Origin: an uncultured Clostridium sp. | Lineage (GTDB): Bacteria; Bacillota; Clostridia; TANB77; CAG-508 | Assembly: GCA_948469315.1 (NCBI GenBank) | Contig: CAOKLQ010000003.1 | Location: forward strand, 80,007 to 144,006 | Direction of reading: 5' to 3' | DNA: 64,000 nt | Shown here: positions 43,332-53,984 of the stretch, piece after piece | Layout of the letters: every line of letters starts with the position of its first letter | How positions within the stretch are numbered: position 1 is the stretch's first letter | The notes under the pieces: generated by a model | The model's input: the letters and a program-made list of their open reading frames with translations, nothing else | What the model was told of the DNA's origin: nothing | The model's database searches: none | Program-made: the position numbers and the translations under genes

Positions 43332-45092
43332 CTACTTCTCATTATTAATATTTCTTATTATATTAGAGTCTATTTTATAATTTCTTTCTGCATCCATTAA
43401 ACCATTTATTTCTTGTTGAACATCTGTTAACTGAGTATAACAATAACCTGATACATATGGTATTTTTTTTATTGCATTTGTAAGTTTAGTAAATCTTTCT
43501 ATAAGTTCCTTTTCATTCTTTACTTGTTTACCATATCCCCATCCTTCTTCTGAATTAATTGCAATACCACCATATTCACTCATTATAACTGGTTGTCCTT
43601 CGTATTTATATCCATTAGCAAATAATCTATGTTTTCCATTATATTCTTCTAAATTATTTAATACTTTCATCTCTTTATCTGTATATTCTTGATAAAGTAA
43701 TTCCTCATCTTGTTTATAATCATGTATTGTAATAATGTCTGATATTGTATGTTCCCAACCATCATTTGAAATTACTGGTCTAGTATCATCTATTGCTCTA
43801 GTTAAATAGTATAAAGTAGTTGCAAAATTCTGCTCTTTTTTACATATACTAACATCTGGTATTCCCCATGATTCGTTAATAGGAACCCATGTTATTATAG
43901 ATGGGTGATTATAATTTTGTTTAACAACTCTTATCCATTCATTTGTAAAATTTTGTAATGAATTATCATCAAAATTATAGCAATTTGCCATTTCACTCCA
44001 AACTAATACGCCTTTTACATCGCACCAATATAAAAATCTTTCATCTTCTACTTTTTGATGTTTTCTAATTCCATTGTATCCAAACGATAAAACACTTTCT
44101 ATATCTTTTATTAAGCTTTCTTCATTTGGTGGTGTTAAATGTGATTCTTTCCAATATCCTTGATCTAATATTAATTTTAAATATAATTCTTCTCCATTCA
44201 AGTATATTTTATTTCCTTTAATTGCCATTTCTCTTATCCCAAAATAAGAATTTACATTATCTATGACTTTATCTTCGCAATATAATTTATAATTAATATC
44301 ATATAAATTAGGATTTTTAATTGACCATTTTTGTATATCATGTTCTATCTCTTCTTGCACTATATCTATCTCCATTTTTTGATAATTGCTATTTATTATT
44401 TTTCTTGTTGAATTTAATATTTGATTATTAAATGATATTTCTGTTCCGATATAATATTTTTGTTTTTCTATATCTTGTTCTGATAAATTAATTTCAATCT
44501 CTAATTGTACTTTATTGGTTTTTGGTGTAATTTTAACTCCTTTTAAATATTTTTTAGATACATATTCTATCCAAACTGTTTTCCATATTCCTGTTGTTTG
44601 TATATACCAACATTTCCAACTTTCTTTTTTATATCTTTGTTTTCCTCTAGGCTGGTCTTTTGATAAAGAATCTTCTACTTTTATTGTAATGTCATTTTCT
44701 CCCTCTACAATATATTTTTCTATATCAAATGAAAATCTTGAATATGCACCTATATTTTCTCCTATATACTTTCCATTAATCCATACTTTTGTTTTATAGT
44801 CACTACCTTCAAAATTTAGTATTGCTTTTTTGTCTTGTATTTGATTTTTTGTTACATTTATTTTTCTATTATACCATACTATATAGTGTACACTTTCATC
44901 TTCTATGCCACTTAATTTAGTTTCATATGTAAATGGCACACAAATCTTTTTGAACTTTGGAAAATCTAAAAAATATTTTTTTATTTCACCTTCATCATTA
45001 TCATCAAATATAAAATTCCATTTTCCATTAAGATTCTCCCATTCTTTTCTTACAAATTGTGGTCTTGGATAATCTTTTATATAACATTTCAT
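43332..45092 (-). CDS. glycoside hydrolase family 2 protein (beta-glucuronidase/beta-galactosidase-like)
   Basis: 586 aa; GH2 sugar-binding N-terminal region and TIM-barrel catalytic region (NGIRKHQ, WSEMANC, MSEYGG). Confidence 0.75.
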   Translation of the reverse strand: MKCYIKDYPRPQFVRKEWENLNGKWNFIFDDNDEGEIKKYFLDFPKFKKICVPFTYETKLSGIEDESVHYIVWYNRKINVTKNQIQDKKAILNFEGSDYKTKVWINGKYIGENIGAYSRFSFDIEKYIVEGENDITIKVEDSLSKDQPRGKQRYKKESWKCWYIQTTGIWKTVWIEYVSKKYLKGVKITPKTNKVQLEIEINLSEQDIEKQKYYIGTEISFNNQILNSTRKIINSNYQKMEIDIVQEEIEHDIQKWSIKNPNLYDINYKLYCEDKVIDNVNSYFGIREMAIKGNKIYLNGEELYLKLILDQGYWKESHLTPPNEESLIKDIESVLSFGYNGIRKHQKVEDERFLYWCDVKGVLVWSEMANCYNFDDNSLQNFTNEWIRVVKQNYNHPSIITWVPINESWGIPDVSICKKEQNFATTLYYLTRAIDDTRPVISNDGWEHTISDIITIHDYKQDEELLYQEYTDKEMKVLNNLEEYNGKHRLFANGYKYEGQPVIMSEYGGIAINSEEGWGYGKQVKNEKELIERFTKLTNAIKKIPYVSGYCYTQLTDVQQEINGLMDAERNYKIDSNIIRNINNEK

Positions 45093-45168
45093 ATTTTCTT
45101 CTTCTCTTTCTATAATTTAATTCATTATTATATTAACTTAACTTTCCACTTTATATACTGATACATAC

Positions 45169-46125
45169 CTAACCATTTAAAAAGTTCATAATTAAATCTA
45201 TTATAACATCTTTTTCTTTTGGATTTGATTCAGCAGTTAATAAAGTTAATGCTGTTAAAGTATTATTATCAATAACTTGTTTTCCATCTTTTATCAAAAT
45301 ATCATAATAGTTTAAAAAATATATAAATAGTGTTGCAGCAATTCTTTTGTTTCCATCTATGAAAACATGATTCTTAACTATTAAATATAAAAAATTTGCC
45401 GCTTTCTCTTCAATACTTTTATAAATATCTTGTCCATCAAAACTTTGATAAATATTTCCAATTATTGATTCTAACCCTTTGTCTCGTTCAATAGCAAATA
45501 TATCACTCTCTTCGTTGAATCTTAATTTTGTTATAATTTTAATACATTCAGTATATGATATTTTTCTATTATCTATATTTCCTTCAACTTTTTTTAATGT
45601 TTTATGGTCATAATCATCTAACAAATCTAATGCCTTTGAATATTCCCCAATAACTTTTAGTATTCCATTTGCATCTTTATTTTCTAATTTCTCATCTATC
45701 CTATTTGCTATATCTATTAATTTTATAGTTTTTTCTAAATATTCTAATCTTTTCTGATTTACTGCATATCCTTTTAATATATATTCTTTTAAAACTTTAT
45801 TCGCCCATCTTCTGAATATAATACCCTTCTCTGATTTAACTCTGTAACCAACACTTAAAATCATATCTAAATTATAATATTCAATATTTCTTGTAACTTC
45901 TCTTTTTCCTTCTTTTTGAACTGTCGCAAAATTTGCGACAGTTGGTATATCTTTTAATTCTTCTTTTAAAGCATTATTTATATGTTTTCCAATTGTTTTT
46001 ATATCTCTATGAAATAATTTAGATAATTGTTGTCTATTTAGCCACACAGTTTCATCTTTCATACTTACTTCTAGTTTTATTTCTCCATCTTCAAATAAAA
46101 TAATTTCGTTTTTCTTTTTTTCCAT
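45169..46125 (-). CDS. RhuM-family / Fic-domain protein
   Basis: 318 aa; RhuM-type N-terminal region (..FEDGEIKLEVSMKDETVWLNRQQLSKLF..) and Fic motif HVFIDGNKRIA. Confidence 0.75.
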   Translation of the reverse strand: MEKKKNEIILFEDGEIKLEVSMKDETVWLNRQQLSKLFHRDIKTIGKHINNALKEELKDIPTVANFATVQKEGKREVTRNIEYYNLDMILSVGYRVKSEKGIIFRRWANKVLKEYILKGYAVNQKRLEYLEKTIKLIDIANRIDEKLENKDANGILKVIGEYSKALDLLDDYDHKTLKKVEGNIDNRKISYTECIKIITKLRFNEESDIFAIERDKGLESIIGNIYQSFDGQDIYKSIEEKAANFLYLIVKNHVFIDGNKRIAATLFIYFLNYYDILIKDGKQVIDNNTLTALTLLTAESNPKEKDVIIDLIMNFLNG

Positions 46126-46411
46126 AGAATCACCACCTTTTTGTTTTATTTCTATTTTTCTAAACTATATCATAACTTTATATTTTTCTCAATTTAATCT
46201 TCAAAATTTTACATTAATCTTTATAATTTTTAAAACAACAAATAAAGCACTTCTATGTGTTTTATTACTGTAAGGTGGATTGCCCATTTATTTTTTTACC
46301 ATTCAACCATTTACCATTTCAAATTTTCTATAAAATAAATGGTTTTTATATTTAATTTTTTATTTTTCTAAATCTTTTAAAGTATTGGTATTACTTGTTT
46401 TTTCTTCTTTT

Positions 46412-48136
46412 CTACCCATCACCGCAACACATTCCACGTGGCTCACACATAGGCTGTAGATAGTTTTTGCTTACCTCGTATGATGACTGTTGATTTTTTT
46501 GTTCTTTTTCATCATCTTTGCACTTGATTTCGTTTCCAGATTTTAGGATAAATGTTATTACTCTTGGATTTGTTTCTCCATTACTTCCTTTTTCTCCTAT
46601 TATAACTTTTTCTATCATTAGTTCAAAAACATCTTTATCAAATTCTGGCATAATTTCGTTGTCTTTAAACAATGTTTTAAACTTGTTTAATCCTTGATTT
46701 AAACTTATTGAATCTTCTAATTCTATTTGCAAATGCTCTTGTTCTTTTTCTATATTATTTATTTTGTTTTGTAGTTTTGCTTTCTTTTCTTGCAGAGTTT
46801 CTAATGTTATTGTTCCATTTAAGTTTAAATCAATTAGCTTGTCTATCTTTTCTTTTAATATTTGTTTTTCTTCCTCCAGTCTTTTAATAGAACTTTCGTT
46901 ACTCTCTTCTTGTATAATTTCTTCTATTTCGTTTAAGAATGTTTGGATTAGTTCTTTATTGTTATTACATAGTAGTCTGTAACTTTCTGTAAATGCTTCT
47001 TCTATAATACTTTCTTTCATAGCTTTGCAATGTGGACAATTTTCTTTTCCATGTTTTACAAACTCCATACAATGCCAAACTGTAATACTATTTTTTGTTC
47101 CAGAATGCCAGTTTCTCCTTGTTAATAAACTACCACAAAATCCACAATATAATCTACTACTAAAAGGATATTTTCTACTAAAGTTGCCTTTTCTTCTTCC
47201 AGAGCCTCTTACTCCTCCTCGTTTTTGTAAAATTTCTTGTACTTGATTAAACATTCTTTCAGAGATGATTGGCTCATGATGTTCTTGTATATAGTATTGA
47301 TTTTCTTCTCCCATATTGACTACTCTTCTATGTGATATTGGATCTGTTGTATATGTTTTTCCTTGTAAGACATCTCCTTTGTATTTTTCGTTTTTCAAGA
47401 TACCTCTTATTGTTGATTCGTGCCACTTTTTCTTTCCTGTTGGAGTTTTGTATTTCATATTTGTTAGTTCTTTTGCTATTCTTGTACAGCCTACTCCTTG
47501 GCAGTATCTTTCAAAGATATATCTTACTATTTCTGCTTCTTCATAATTGATTGAGATTTCTTTTGTGTCTTTATCATATACATATCCTAAACATCCGTTA
47601 TATCCAATTAATTCTCCTCTTTTTTGTTTCATTTGTAATCCTAGCTTTACATGAGAAGATATATTTTCGCTTTCTTGTTGTGCCATTGCACTTAATACTG
47701 TTAGCATGATTTCTCCTGATATTTCTAAAGTATTAATTTTTTCTTCTTCAAAATAAATAGCAATTCCCTTCTCTTTTAGTAGTCTTACATATTTTAAAGT
47801 ATCTACTGTATTTCTTCCAAATCTTGATATTGATTTTGTAATTATCATATCAAATTTGCCCATTGTTGCATCTTGCATCATTTTCATAAAACCATCTCTT
47901 TTATAGTCTAATGTTCCTGTTATTCCTTCATCTGCATAAATACCAACATATTTCCAATTACTATTGCTTTTGATTTTTTCTTCATAATACTTTAATTGAG
48001 AATTGTAACTGTTTATTTGTTCTTCTTTTTCTGTACTTACTCTTGCATAAGCACACACCTTTAAATTACCATTTATTTCTTCTCCTGTTGTTCTATTAAT
48101 TCGACATTTTTTCTTCTCTATAACTTGTACTTTCAA
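46412..48136 (-). CDS. large serine recombinase (intact)
   Basis: 574 aa; resolvase catalytic domain (CAYARVST), recombinase domain, Cys4 zinc ribbon (CGFCG..WHC..C..C) and a long coiled coil; the last 8 codons overlap the 24-bp att-like core. Confidence 0.85.
   Translation of the reverse strand: MKVQVIEKKKCRINRTTGEEINGNLKVCAYARVSTEKEEQINSYNSQLKYYEEKIKSNSNWKYVGIYADEGITGTLDYKRDGFMKMMQDATMGKFDMIITKSISRFGRNTVDTLKYVRLLKEKGIAIYFEEEKINTLEISGEIMLTVLSAMAQQESENISSHVKLGLQMKQKRGELIGYNGCLGYVYDKDTKEISINYEEAEIVRYIFERYCQGVGCTRIAKELTNMKYKTPTGKKKWHESTIRGILKNEKYKGDVLQGKTYTTDPISHRRVVNMGEENQYYIQEHHEPIISERMFNQVQEILQKRGGVRGSGRRKGNFSRKYPFSSRLYCGFCGSLLTRRNWHSGTKNSITVWHCMEFVKHGKENCPHCKAMKESIIEEAFTESYRLLCNNNKELIQTFLNEIEEIIQEESNESSIKRLEEEKQILKEKIDKLIDLNLNGTITLETLQEKKAKLQNKINNIEKEQEHLQIELEDSISLNQGLNKFKTLFKDNEIMPEFDKDVFELMIEKVIIGEKGSNGETNPRVITFILKSGNEIKCKDDEKEQKNQQSSYEVSKNYLQPMCEPRGMCCGDG
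46420..46443. repeat. 24-bp direct repeat (att-like core) shared with the rumA 3' end
   Basis: caccgcaacacattccacgtggct is identical at 46420-46443 and 54515-54538, in the same orientation, each inside the last codons of a minus-strand gene (serine recombinase; rumA). Confidence 0.8.
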
Positions 48137-48203
48137 AATTAACCTCTCTTTCTCAAGTTTAGAGAATCTTTATGTGCTTATTATACATCAAAATATTAAA
48201 TTT

Positions 48204-48389
48204 TCAAATACCTATATGAGTTAAATTATATTCTTGCAAGATATTTTGTTTAAGTTCTAAATATCTCTTTTCTTTAATTAGTCCTGCATTAAATGTTTTG
48301 TTTAGTATTGCTATTTTAATACTGCAATTAAAAATTTTTTCATTTAGTTTGATGTTTTTCGTATTATCAAAATTGATTTCGTACAACAT
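48204..48389 (-). CDS. small conserved protein (61 aa) upstream of the intact serine recombinase
   Basis: Homolog of 40566-40743; candidate recombination directionality factor or regulator. Confidence 0.5.
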   Translation of the reverse strand: MLYEINFDNTKNIKLNEKIFNCSIKIAILNKTFNAGLIKEKRYLELKQNILQEYNLTHIGI

Positions 48390-48539
48390 AAAAATTCTCC
48401 TCCTTGAATAATTTAAATTTCAAAAAAGGCAACAGAAAAAGCCAGTCGTGCTAGCTTCGACTGACTTGATTGTTTTTACATTTTTTGATAATACGATTAT
48501 ATTATGCTGTTCTATAAAGTTCAATTCCCGTTTTTTTCC

Positions 48540-48880
48540 CTTTTTTCTATTTTGGCTATTAAAGTGTTGATTTTTAAATAAGTACACTAAGTGAACTTGT
48601 ATAAAATTTTTTTAAATCTCTAGTTCACTTGGTGTACTTTTCTTTTAAATTTCAATCAAATTCAAGTACACTTGGTGAACTAATTATTGTATTTTTATAA
48701 AATTTAGTACATTTAGTGAACTTTCGCACTCTAATAGGCATTTTTTAGTGGTTTATTGGGTGAATTTCTGTATCAAATCTGCTTAAAATTTTTGTTCTTT
48801 TATTAATTCTTGAAGGCTTGTCCTTCAATGTGTATAGGCGATGTGTGAACACTCGCTTTCCTGCCTTTAGTTTAACTAAT
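48540..48880. repeat. R2: second array of palindromic 16-mers plus the conserved ~85-nt block
   Basis: agtacactaagtgaact, agttcacttggtgtact, agtacacttggtgaact, agtacatttagtgaact, then the conserved block (48783-48865) ending ..cgctttcctgcc. Confidence 0.7.
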
Positions 48881-48889
48881 TTTAATCAC

Positions 48890-50884
48890 TTATTGTTTAT
48901 TTCTTATATTATAATATTTTAATTGTTTTTCCATAAAAAGATCATCTAAAATTACTATTTTACTTTGAGTACATTTTGCTAAATATTCTATATCTTTTTC
49001 AAGTTGTTCATCGAATTTTATTGGACATATTGCTCCAATAATACCTATTCTCTGTCTATCTTGTGATGCCACCAACATTTGTTGTATCATCTCTCTCGCT
49101 TCTTTACTAGAACGAGTTAAATTACAACTACTTTTAGCTATACCCACAAATTCAAATTGTTTATTTTTATAAGTAACTTTGAAATTAATATCTCCAAATT
49201 CGTGACCATGGTGTGGACCTGGTCTATATCCTTCATATGTTGTAAATAACTTAAGTATACACATATTCTTATCATCACAATTAATACATTTTTCTTTAGT
49301 AGGATATGTACACTTTTCCTTAATTTTTTTCAAATTACTGTCTAATATTTCTTTTTCATGCGTATCTATTTCAGTTGATAGAATAGCTTCAAATTCTTTT
49401 ATTTCTGACAATTTTAATAAACATCCATTTGATTTTTCTAATATTTGTAAATTGTTGTTAATAATAGAAATACATCCATCAAATTGTATTTTTAAATTTT
49501 CATATAAAAAATCGATAATATCTGTATATAACTTTGAATTTGGTATTAAATAGATGTTAATATTTTCTATGTTACTAACATTTATTTTATGCCCTTCTTC
49601 ACATTCTAGATAATTTAATGTGCTTCCACAATTTGAACAAATAATAGTTTTATTAGCTGTCATTTTAATATCGTAACTTCCACAATTACATTTTGGAACA
49701 CAATATGAATCATTACATTCATTGCAATTAATAAAAATCTTATTCATAAAGTATTTCGATAATTTTGAATAATCTAATTTTGTTTGTATAATTGAATTAT
49801 AGTTTTTATCTTTTGAAAAACATATTATCTTAAATATAATTTCTTCTATAATCTTTTTTTGCTCTGTTGTATAATTAGTCCACTTTTCATTACTCATAAT
49901 ATTTTTAGATTTAAATATTTCAAATTCCGTTTCATGACTTGCAATATATTTTATAATTTCTCTAATAGTAGTTATACTCCATTTTCTAAAAGATGTTGCC
50001 GCCATATTTTTAGTAAGATGAATTTTGCCTTTTGAATTATTTATTCCTAAAGTGTTTATTACATCTTCAACATTAATTTCAAGTGTTTCACTAGTTGTAG
50101 TATATGGTTCTAATTGTTTCTTTAGTTCTTCCTTTTCATCAAGCTTAGAATCTGAAATCATTATTTTTTCCGCTTCTTTTTCATTTGCATTGAGATTTAT
50201 ACCTGAAACTTTTTTTCTTCTATCTCCAAATACTTTTTTAACCAATTCTTTAGTTAATACTATAGGATATAATTCCGCTTCATAAATCTGTGAAATTGCT
50301 AAACTTAATTTTTTTATTACTCTTTCATCACAATTTTTAATTGCAACAAAATTATCTTCTATACTAATCCATACAAAAGTTTCTTTCAATTCATATATAT
50401 ATGTAGGCTCTTCCTTTTCATTAATATATGAATACTTTTTTAAGTAATAAAAAGAGTACTCTGTTAAATTTTCTTCTTTTAAATATTCACTATTATTATA
50501 TATTATATTTTTTATTGCAGGTTGTTCATCTTCATTATTAGTAATCTCTTTCAATTTTTCTTGTATTTTAGTACATACTTGATTTGTAGATAATTTTTTA
50601 CTACTTTTAAAAGAAAAGATTGAAAAACCAGGCTTTAGTCCATATCTATATTCTTCATAACATGTATCAATTTCTTCTTTCGTTATATTACTTGATTCTA
50701 TAATTATTGTAAGTTGTGCTCTAGATAACTTATAAATTGCTTTACTGTCTTTTGGTGTAGTTTTAGTAACATTATATATTTTACTAATAACATCCTCTTC
50801 ATCATATTTACTTAATATTAATTTACATAGTCCCTCTAACCTAATTAAGTCTAACTTTGTTTTTAATTGCTTTGTTAATTTCAT
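48890..50884 (-). CDS. large Cys-rich hypothetical protein (about 664 aa)
   Basis: Likely start MKLTKQLK (GGGGGA RBS); the ORF track extends to 50959. Central CxxC..CxC..CxxC cluster, second Cys cluster, C-terminal region ..PGPHHGHEFGDINFKV..FEFVGIAKSS..ILDD with a possible nuclease-like D..E..K arrangement; no confident family. Confidence 0.5.
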   Translation of the reverse strand: MKLTKQLKTKLDLIRLEGLCKLILSKYDEEDVISKIYNVTKTTPKDSKAIYKLSRAQLTIIIESSNITKEEIDTCYEEYRYGLKPGFSIFSFKSSKKLSTNQVCTKIQEKLKEITNNEDEQPAIKNIIYNNSEYLKEENLTEYSFYYLKKYSYINEKEEPTYIYELKETFVWISIEDNFVAIKNCDERVIKKLSLAISQIYEAELYPIVLTKELVKKVFGDRRKKVSGINLNANEKEAEKIMISDSKLDEKEELKKQLEPYTTTSETLEINVEDVINTLGINNSKGKIHLTKNMAATSFRKWSITTIREIIKYIASHETEFEIFKSKNIMSNEKWTNYTTEQKKIIEEIIFKIICFSKDKNYNSIIQTKLDYSKLSKYFMNKIFINCNECNDSYCVPKCNCGSYDIKMTANKTIICSNCGSTLNYLECEEGHKINVSNIENINIYLIPNSKLYTDIIDFLYENLKIQFDGCISIINNNLQILEKSNGCLLKLSEIKEFEAILSTEIDTHEKEILDSNLKKIKEKCTYPTKEKCINCDDKNMCILKLFTTYEGYRPGPHHGHEFGDINFKVTYKNKQFEFVGIAKSSCNLTRSSKEAREMIQQMLVASQDRQRIGIIGAICPIKFDEQLEKDIEYLAKCTQSKIVILDDLFMEKQLKYYNIRNKQ

Positions 50885-51056
50885 AAAAATCCCCCACTTT
50901 TTTAACATCCATAGTATATCATATATCGACATTTTTCTCAACATTTCCTTTATTAGCATATTTTCAAAAAAACAAAAGTTCTGTTTTTTGTCAAAAACTA
51001 TTGATTTTTTGTATATTTTTGTTATAATAAATCATACTAGAAAGGATGTTTGATAT

Positions 51057-51599
51057 ATGCAAGAATTATTAAATATTTTAAATGATACTAAAAGTACTTT
51101 AGATAATTATTATGAAGTACATAGAAATGAAGATTTTTCTAATAAGAGGAATACTCCTAAAGATTATCTTAAATGGATTGGTAAGAAAACTAAAATTATA
51201 CTTAATTCTCCTGAATTTATAGAAAAATCAAAAGAATATATTGTTCGTGGAGATGTAGTTTGGGTTGAATTTGGATTTAATATAGGTGAAGAGTTTAGCG
51301 GTAGACATCCTGCTATAGTTTTAAAAAACGGTGGTAAAACATTATTAGTTTTACCTATTACAAGTAAGCAACCAACAGAAAAACAACTTGCTAGTAAAAC
51401 TTATATTGAACTTGGCAAAATATATAATTTTAAGACAATGAAAAGATGGGTAAATATCTTCAACATTAATCCTGTAAGTATTGAAAGAATAGATTTCACA
51501 AAGAAAAAAGGAAATATTAAGGGAGTTGATTTAGACACTATATCAAAAGCATTTTTAGATTCTGACCTCTTTAAATATAGACCTTCTAAGAATAATTAA
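51057..51599 (+). CDS. PemK/MazF-like toxin domain protein with ~60-aa N-terminal extension
   Basis: 180 aa; core RGDVVWVEFGFNIGEEFSGRHPAIVL..GKTLLVLPITSKQP matches the MazF/PemK fold signature; no adjacent small antitoxin ORF. Confidence 0.6.
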   Translation: MQELLNILNDTKSTLDNYYEVHRNEDFSNKRNTPKDYLKWIGKKTKIILNSPEFIEKSKEYIVRGDVVWVEFGFNIGEEFSGRHPAIVLKNGGKTLLVLPITSKQPTEKQLASKTYIELGKIYNFKTMKRWVNIFNINPVSIERIDFTKKKGNIKGVDLDTISKAFLDSDLFKYRPSKNN

Positions 51600-51728
51600 T
51601 GATTTTTCAGAATTTTTGCATAAAATTCTTGATTTTTACATAAAAATATAGTATCATTTAATTAATAGGAAATCTATTTAATTAGATGACTGAGAAGGCT
51701 CATTTTGGTGAGCAGTTATGATTTAGAA

Positions 51729-51767
51729 TGTAGCTTATATAGAAATATATGAGCTACAGTTTTTTAT
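51729..51767 (+). terminator. rho-independent terminator after the MazF-like gene
   Basis: gtagcttatat-agaa-atatgagctac followed by TTTTTTATTTTT. Confidence 0.7.
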
Positions 51768-51936
51768 TTTTAAATTTATTAAAAAATATTGATTTTTATT
51801 AAAATACTTATTATAATTTTATTACATTTAATGTTGCACACTTATACAGTGTGGAGTTTGTTTCATCTTTTATAAAGATGCTTAAAAGCCTTCTATCAAA
51901 AGAAGGTTTTACTTATAAATAACTTACTTTTCTCCC

Positions 51937-52833
51937 TTAATATATTTCACTAATCACATAATCTACAAATATTTCTGCCACATTCTTTCCACTCAATTCT
52001 TCTATATCACAAATAGCTGGATCTGCATTCACTTCACAAACTATTGGCTTATTTTCATTACTCATAAAAAAGTCAACCGAACAATAATCTAAATCTAATT
52101 CATTTGCTATCTTTTCTGCAATTTCCTTATATTCATTTGAAACTTCATAAGGCAATGCTTTTCCACCTAATGATATATTTGAGCGATAATCATTCTCATT
52201 TATTCTCATAAATGAACCTACTACTTTCTTCCCTGCAACTACAACTCTAATATCTTTTCCTACATTTTCTGGAATAAACTGTTGAAATAAATATTGTGAA
52301 CCACTTAATTTATTACATATATCATTAAATTCTTCTCTATTATTTATTTTGTATATATCTCTACCACCCTTACTATTACATTTTTTAGTTATAAAAGGAT
52401 ATTTTAAAGTTCTTTCAACATATTTCTTGAATTCTTCATTTATATTATCTTCTTTAATGTTTTCTACTCCAAAATTTATACTACCTAATATTGTATGTGG
52501 CAAGTTTATATTTTTATTTGACAATATAACATAAGTCATCATTTTATCATCACAGTTTTCTATCGCATTATAAGAGTTAAATGACCTTATTCCATTTTTG
52601 CAAAGTTCTTCATTTATATATTTATCTTTAACAAGTTGTATACAAAAATCATATTCTTTAACATCTATATTTACCTTTCCATTTATTACACTCGTATATT
52701 GTTCATCAACTTTTAATTTATCTATACTAATGCCTTTTTTGTTAAATTCTTCAATAAGTCTGTTGTATTGATATTGTTTTGCTTCATTTTGAAAACCTGG
52801 ATAAATTAATATTAATCCCTTTTTATTTTTCAT
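51937..52833 (-). CDS. RimK-type ATP-grasp ligase
   Basis: About 298 aa from MKNKKGLILIYPG after a GGAGGTG RBS; ATP-grasp motifs DIRVVVAGKKVVGSFMRINENDYRSNISLGGKA and CSVDFFMS..EVNADP. Confidence 0.7.
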   Translation of the reverse strand: MKNKKGLILIYPGFQNEAKQYQYNRLIEEFNKKGISIDKLKVDEQYTSVINGKVNIDVKEYDFCIQLVKDKYINEELCKNGIRSFNSYNAIENCDDKMMTYVILSNKNINLPHTILGSINFGVENIKEDNINEEFKKYVERTLKYPFITKKCNSKGGRDIYKINNREEFNDICNKLSGSQYLFQQFIPENVGKDIRVVVAGKKVVGSFMRINENDYRSNISLGGKALPYEVSNEYKEIAEKIANELDLDYCSVDFFMSNENKPIVCEVNADPAICDIEELSGKNVAEIFVDYVISEIY

Positions 52834-53347
52834 TCTTTTCCACCTCCCATCTTCTTTCTTCATCTATCTTTTCTTTTAGATATTGTGCAAAATAATTATA
52901 ATATTTGTCTTGTAATTCTTTTATTTTCCAGTCATATCCTGTAACAATTTTACGACAGTTTTTTGAACCACATGTACATTCAAATTTATAATCTTCATTA
53001 TCTATAAAAGCATAATCAGTTGTTAACTCTTCATCTTTGTTTATATCTCTTATAGCAACAAAAGTTATTTCTCCTCGTAATCCAACATTCGGATTACACG
53101 AATGATTTTCATACAATTTTATATCTTTTTCTTCCTCTTTATTAGTTGCTCCTAAAAAATAATCATCACTAATTGGAAAGTAACTATTTATTACTCCAGA
53201 TGAAAATATTTCATTTCTTTTTAATATATGTCCACCCTTAATAAATACTATTTCGTCTTTTTTTATTTTCTCTTTAGCAAAAACTCCTTTTCCATTTAAT
53301 CCGTTATCTCTTATTTCCGCTTTATTAGACATTATTGATTTAATCAT
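52823..53347 (-). CDS. SET-domain protein (putative protein-lysine methyltransferase)
   Basis: 174 aa; SET signatures NHSCNPN and ELTTDY plus a post-SET Cys cluster (FECTCGSKNCRK). Confidence 0.7.
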   Translation of the reverse strand: MIKSIMSNKAEIRDNGLNGKGVFAKEKIKKDEIVFIKGGHILKRNEIFSSGVINSYFPISDDYFLGATNKEEEKDIKLYENHSCNPNVGLRGEITFVAIRDINKDEELTTDYAFIDNEDYKFECTCGSKNCRKIVTGYDWKIKELQDKYYNYFAQYLKEKIDEERRWEVEKNEK

Positions 53348-53373
53348 ATTTTTCCTCCTTGCAGTAACTACTT

Positions 53374-53868
53374 TTATACTTTTAACAAGTATATATTTCT
53401 CAAATAATCTCCCAAATTAGTAGTTTTTATAATTTTTGCACCTGTATATTCTGTTGCTTTATTTGATGCAATGTTATCTGGATGAACTGTTATTACTGCA
53501 TATTCATAATCCATTTCTTTTAACTTTGATATTAGTATATCTTCTAAATGTTTCATAATTCCTTTATTCCTATATTCTTCTAATACTAAATAACCTCCAA
53601 ATTCAGCCATCTTATTATTGTTCATATTCAATATTTCTTTTATTTCTGCTGTATATGATTCATCCAAATATAATTGTGCTGTTCCTACTAATTTTTCTTC
53701 ATCCCAAGCACCATAAGTAATGATTTTATCTCCATTAAACATATCTTCTAACTCTTCTTCAGTAAACGGCATAAAAAATTCTTTTCTTTCTAAATTTTCT
53801 AATACTGTATCTATTAATTCTTTTAATTGTTGTTTTTCCTCTACTCTTATTTCTCTATAACTAATCAT
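53374..53868 (-). CDS. GNAT-family N-acetyltransferase
   Basis: 164 aa; acetyl-CoA binding motif A region (LVLEEYRNKGIMKHL). Confidence 0.7.
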   Translation of the reverse strand: MISYREIRVEEKQQLKELIDTVLENLERKEFFMPFTEEELEDMFNGDKIITYGAWDEEKLVGTAQLYLDESYTAEIKEILNMNNNKMAEFGGYLVLEEYRNKGIMKHLEDILISKLKEMDYEYAVITVHPDNIASNKATEYTGAKIIKTTNLGDYLRNIYLLKV

Positions 53869-53984
53869 ATTCTCTCCTCATTATAATATTTATGTCTAAT
53901 TTATATCACAACTTTACAATTTTTCATAGTGTTTTACCAATATTTACAAAACATATTTATCCTTACATTTGCTTAAGTGCCTTA

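Noticed and set aside
40905-48880. Possible CRISPR array at the repeated 16-mer clusters
   Set aside because: The repeats are short palindromes with irregular spacing and orientation and no unique spacers of constant length; no cas genes are present. They behave like operator or iteron arrays rather than a CRISPR array.
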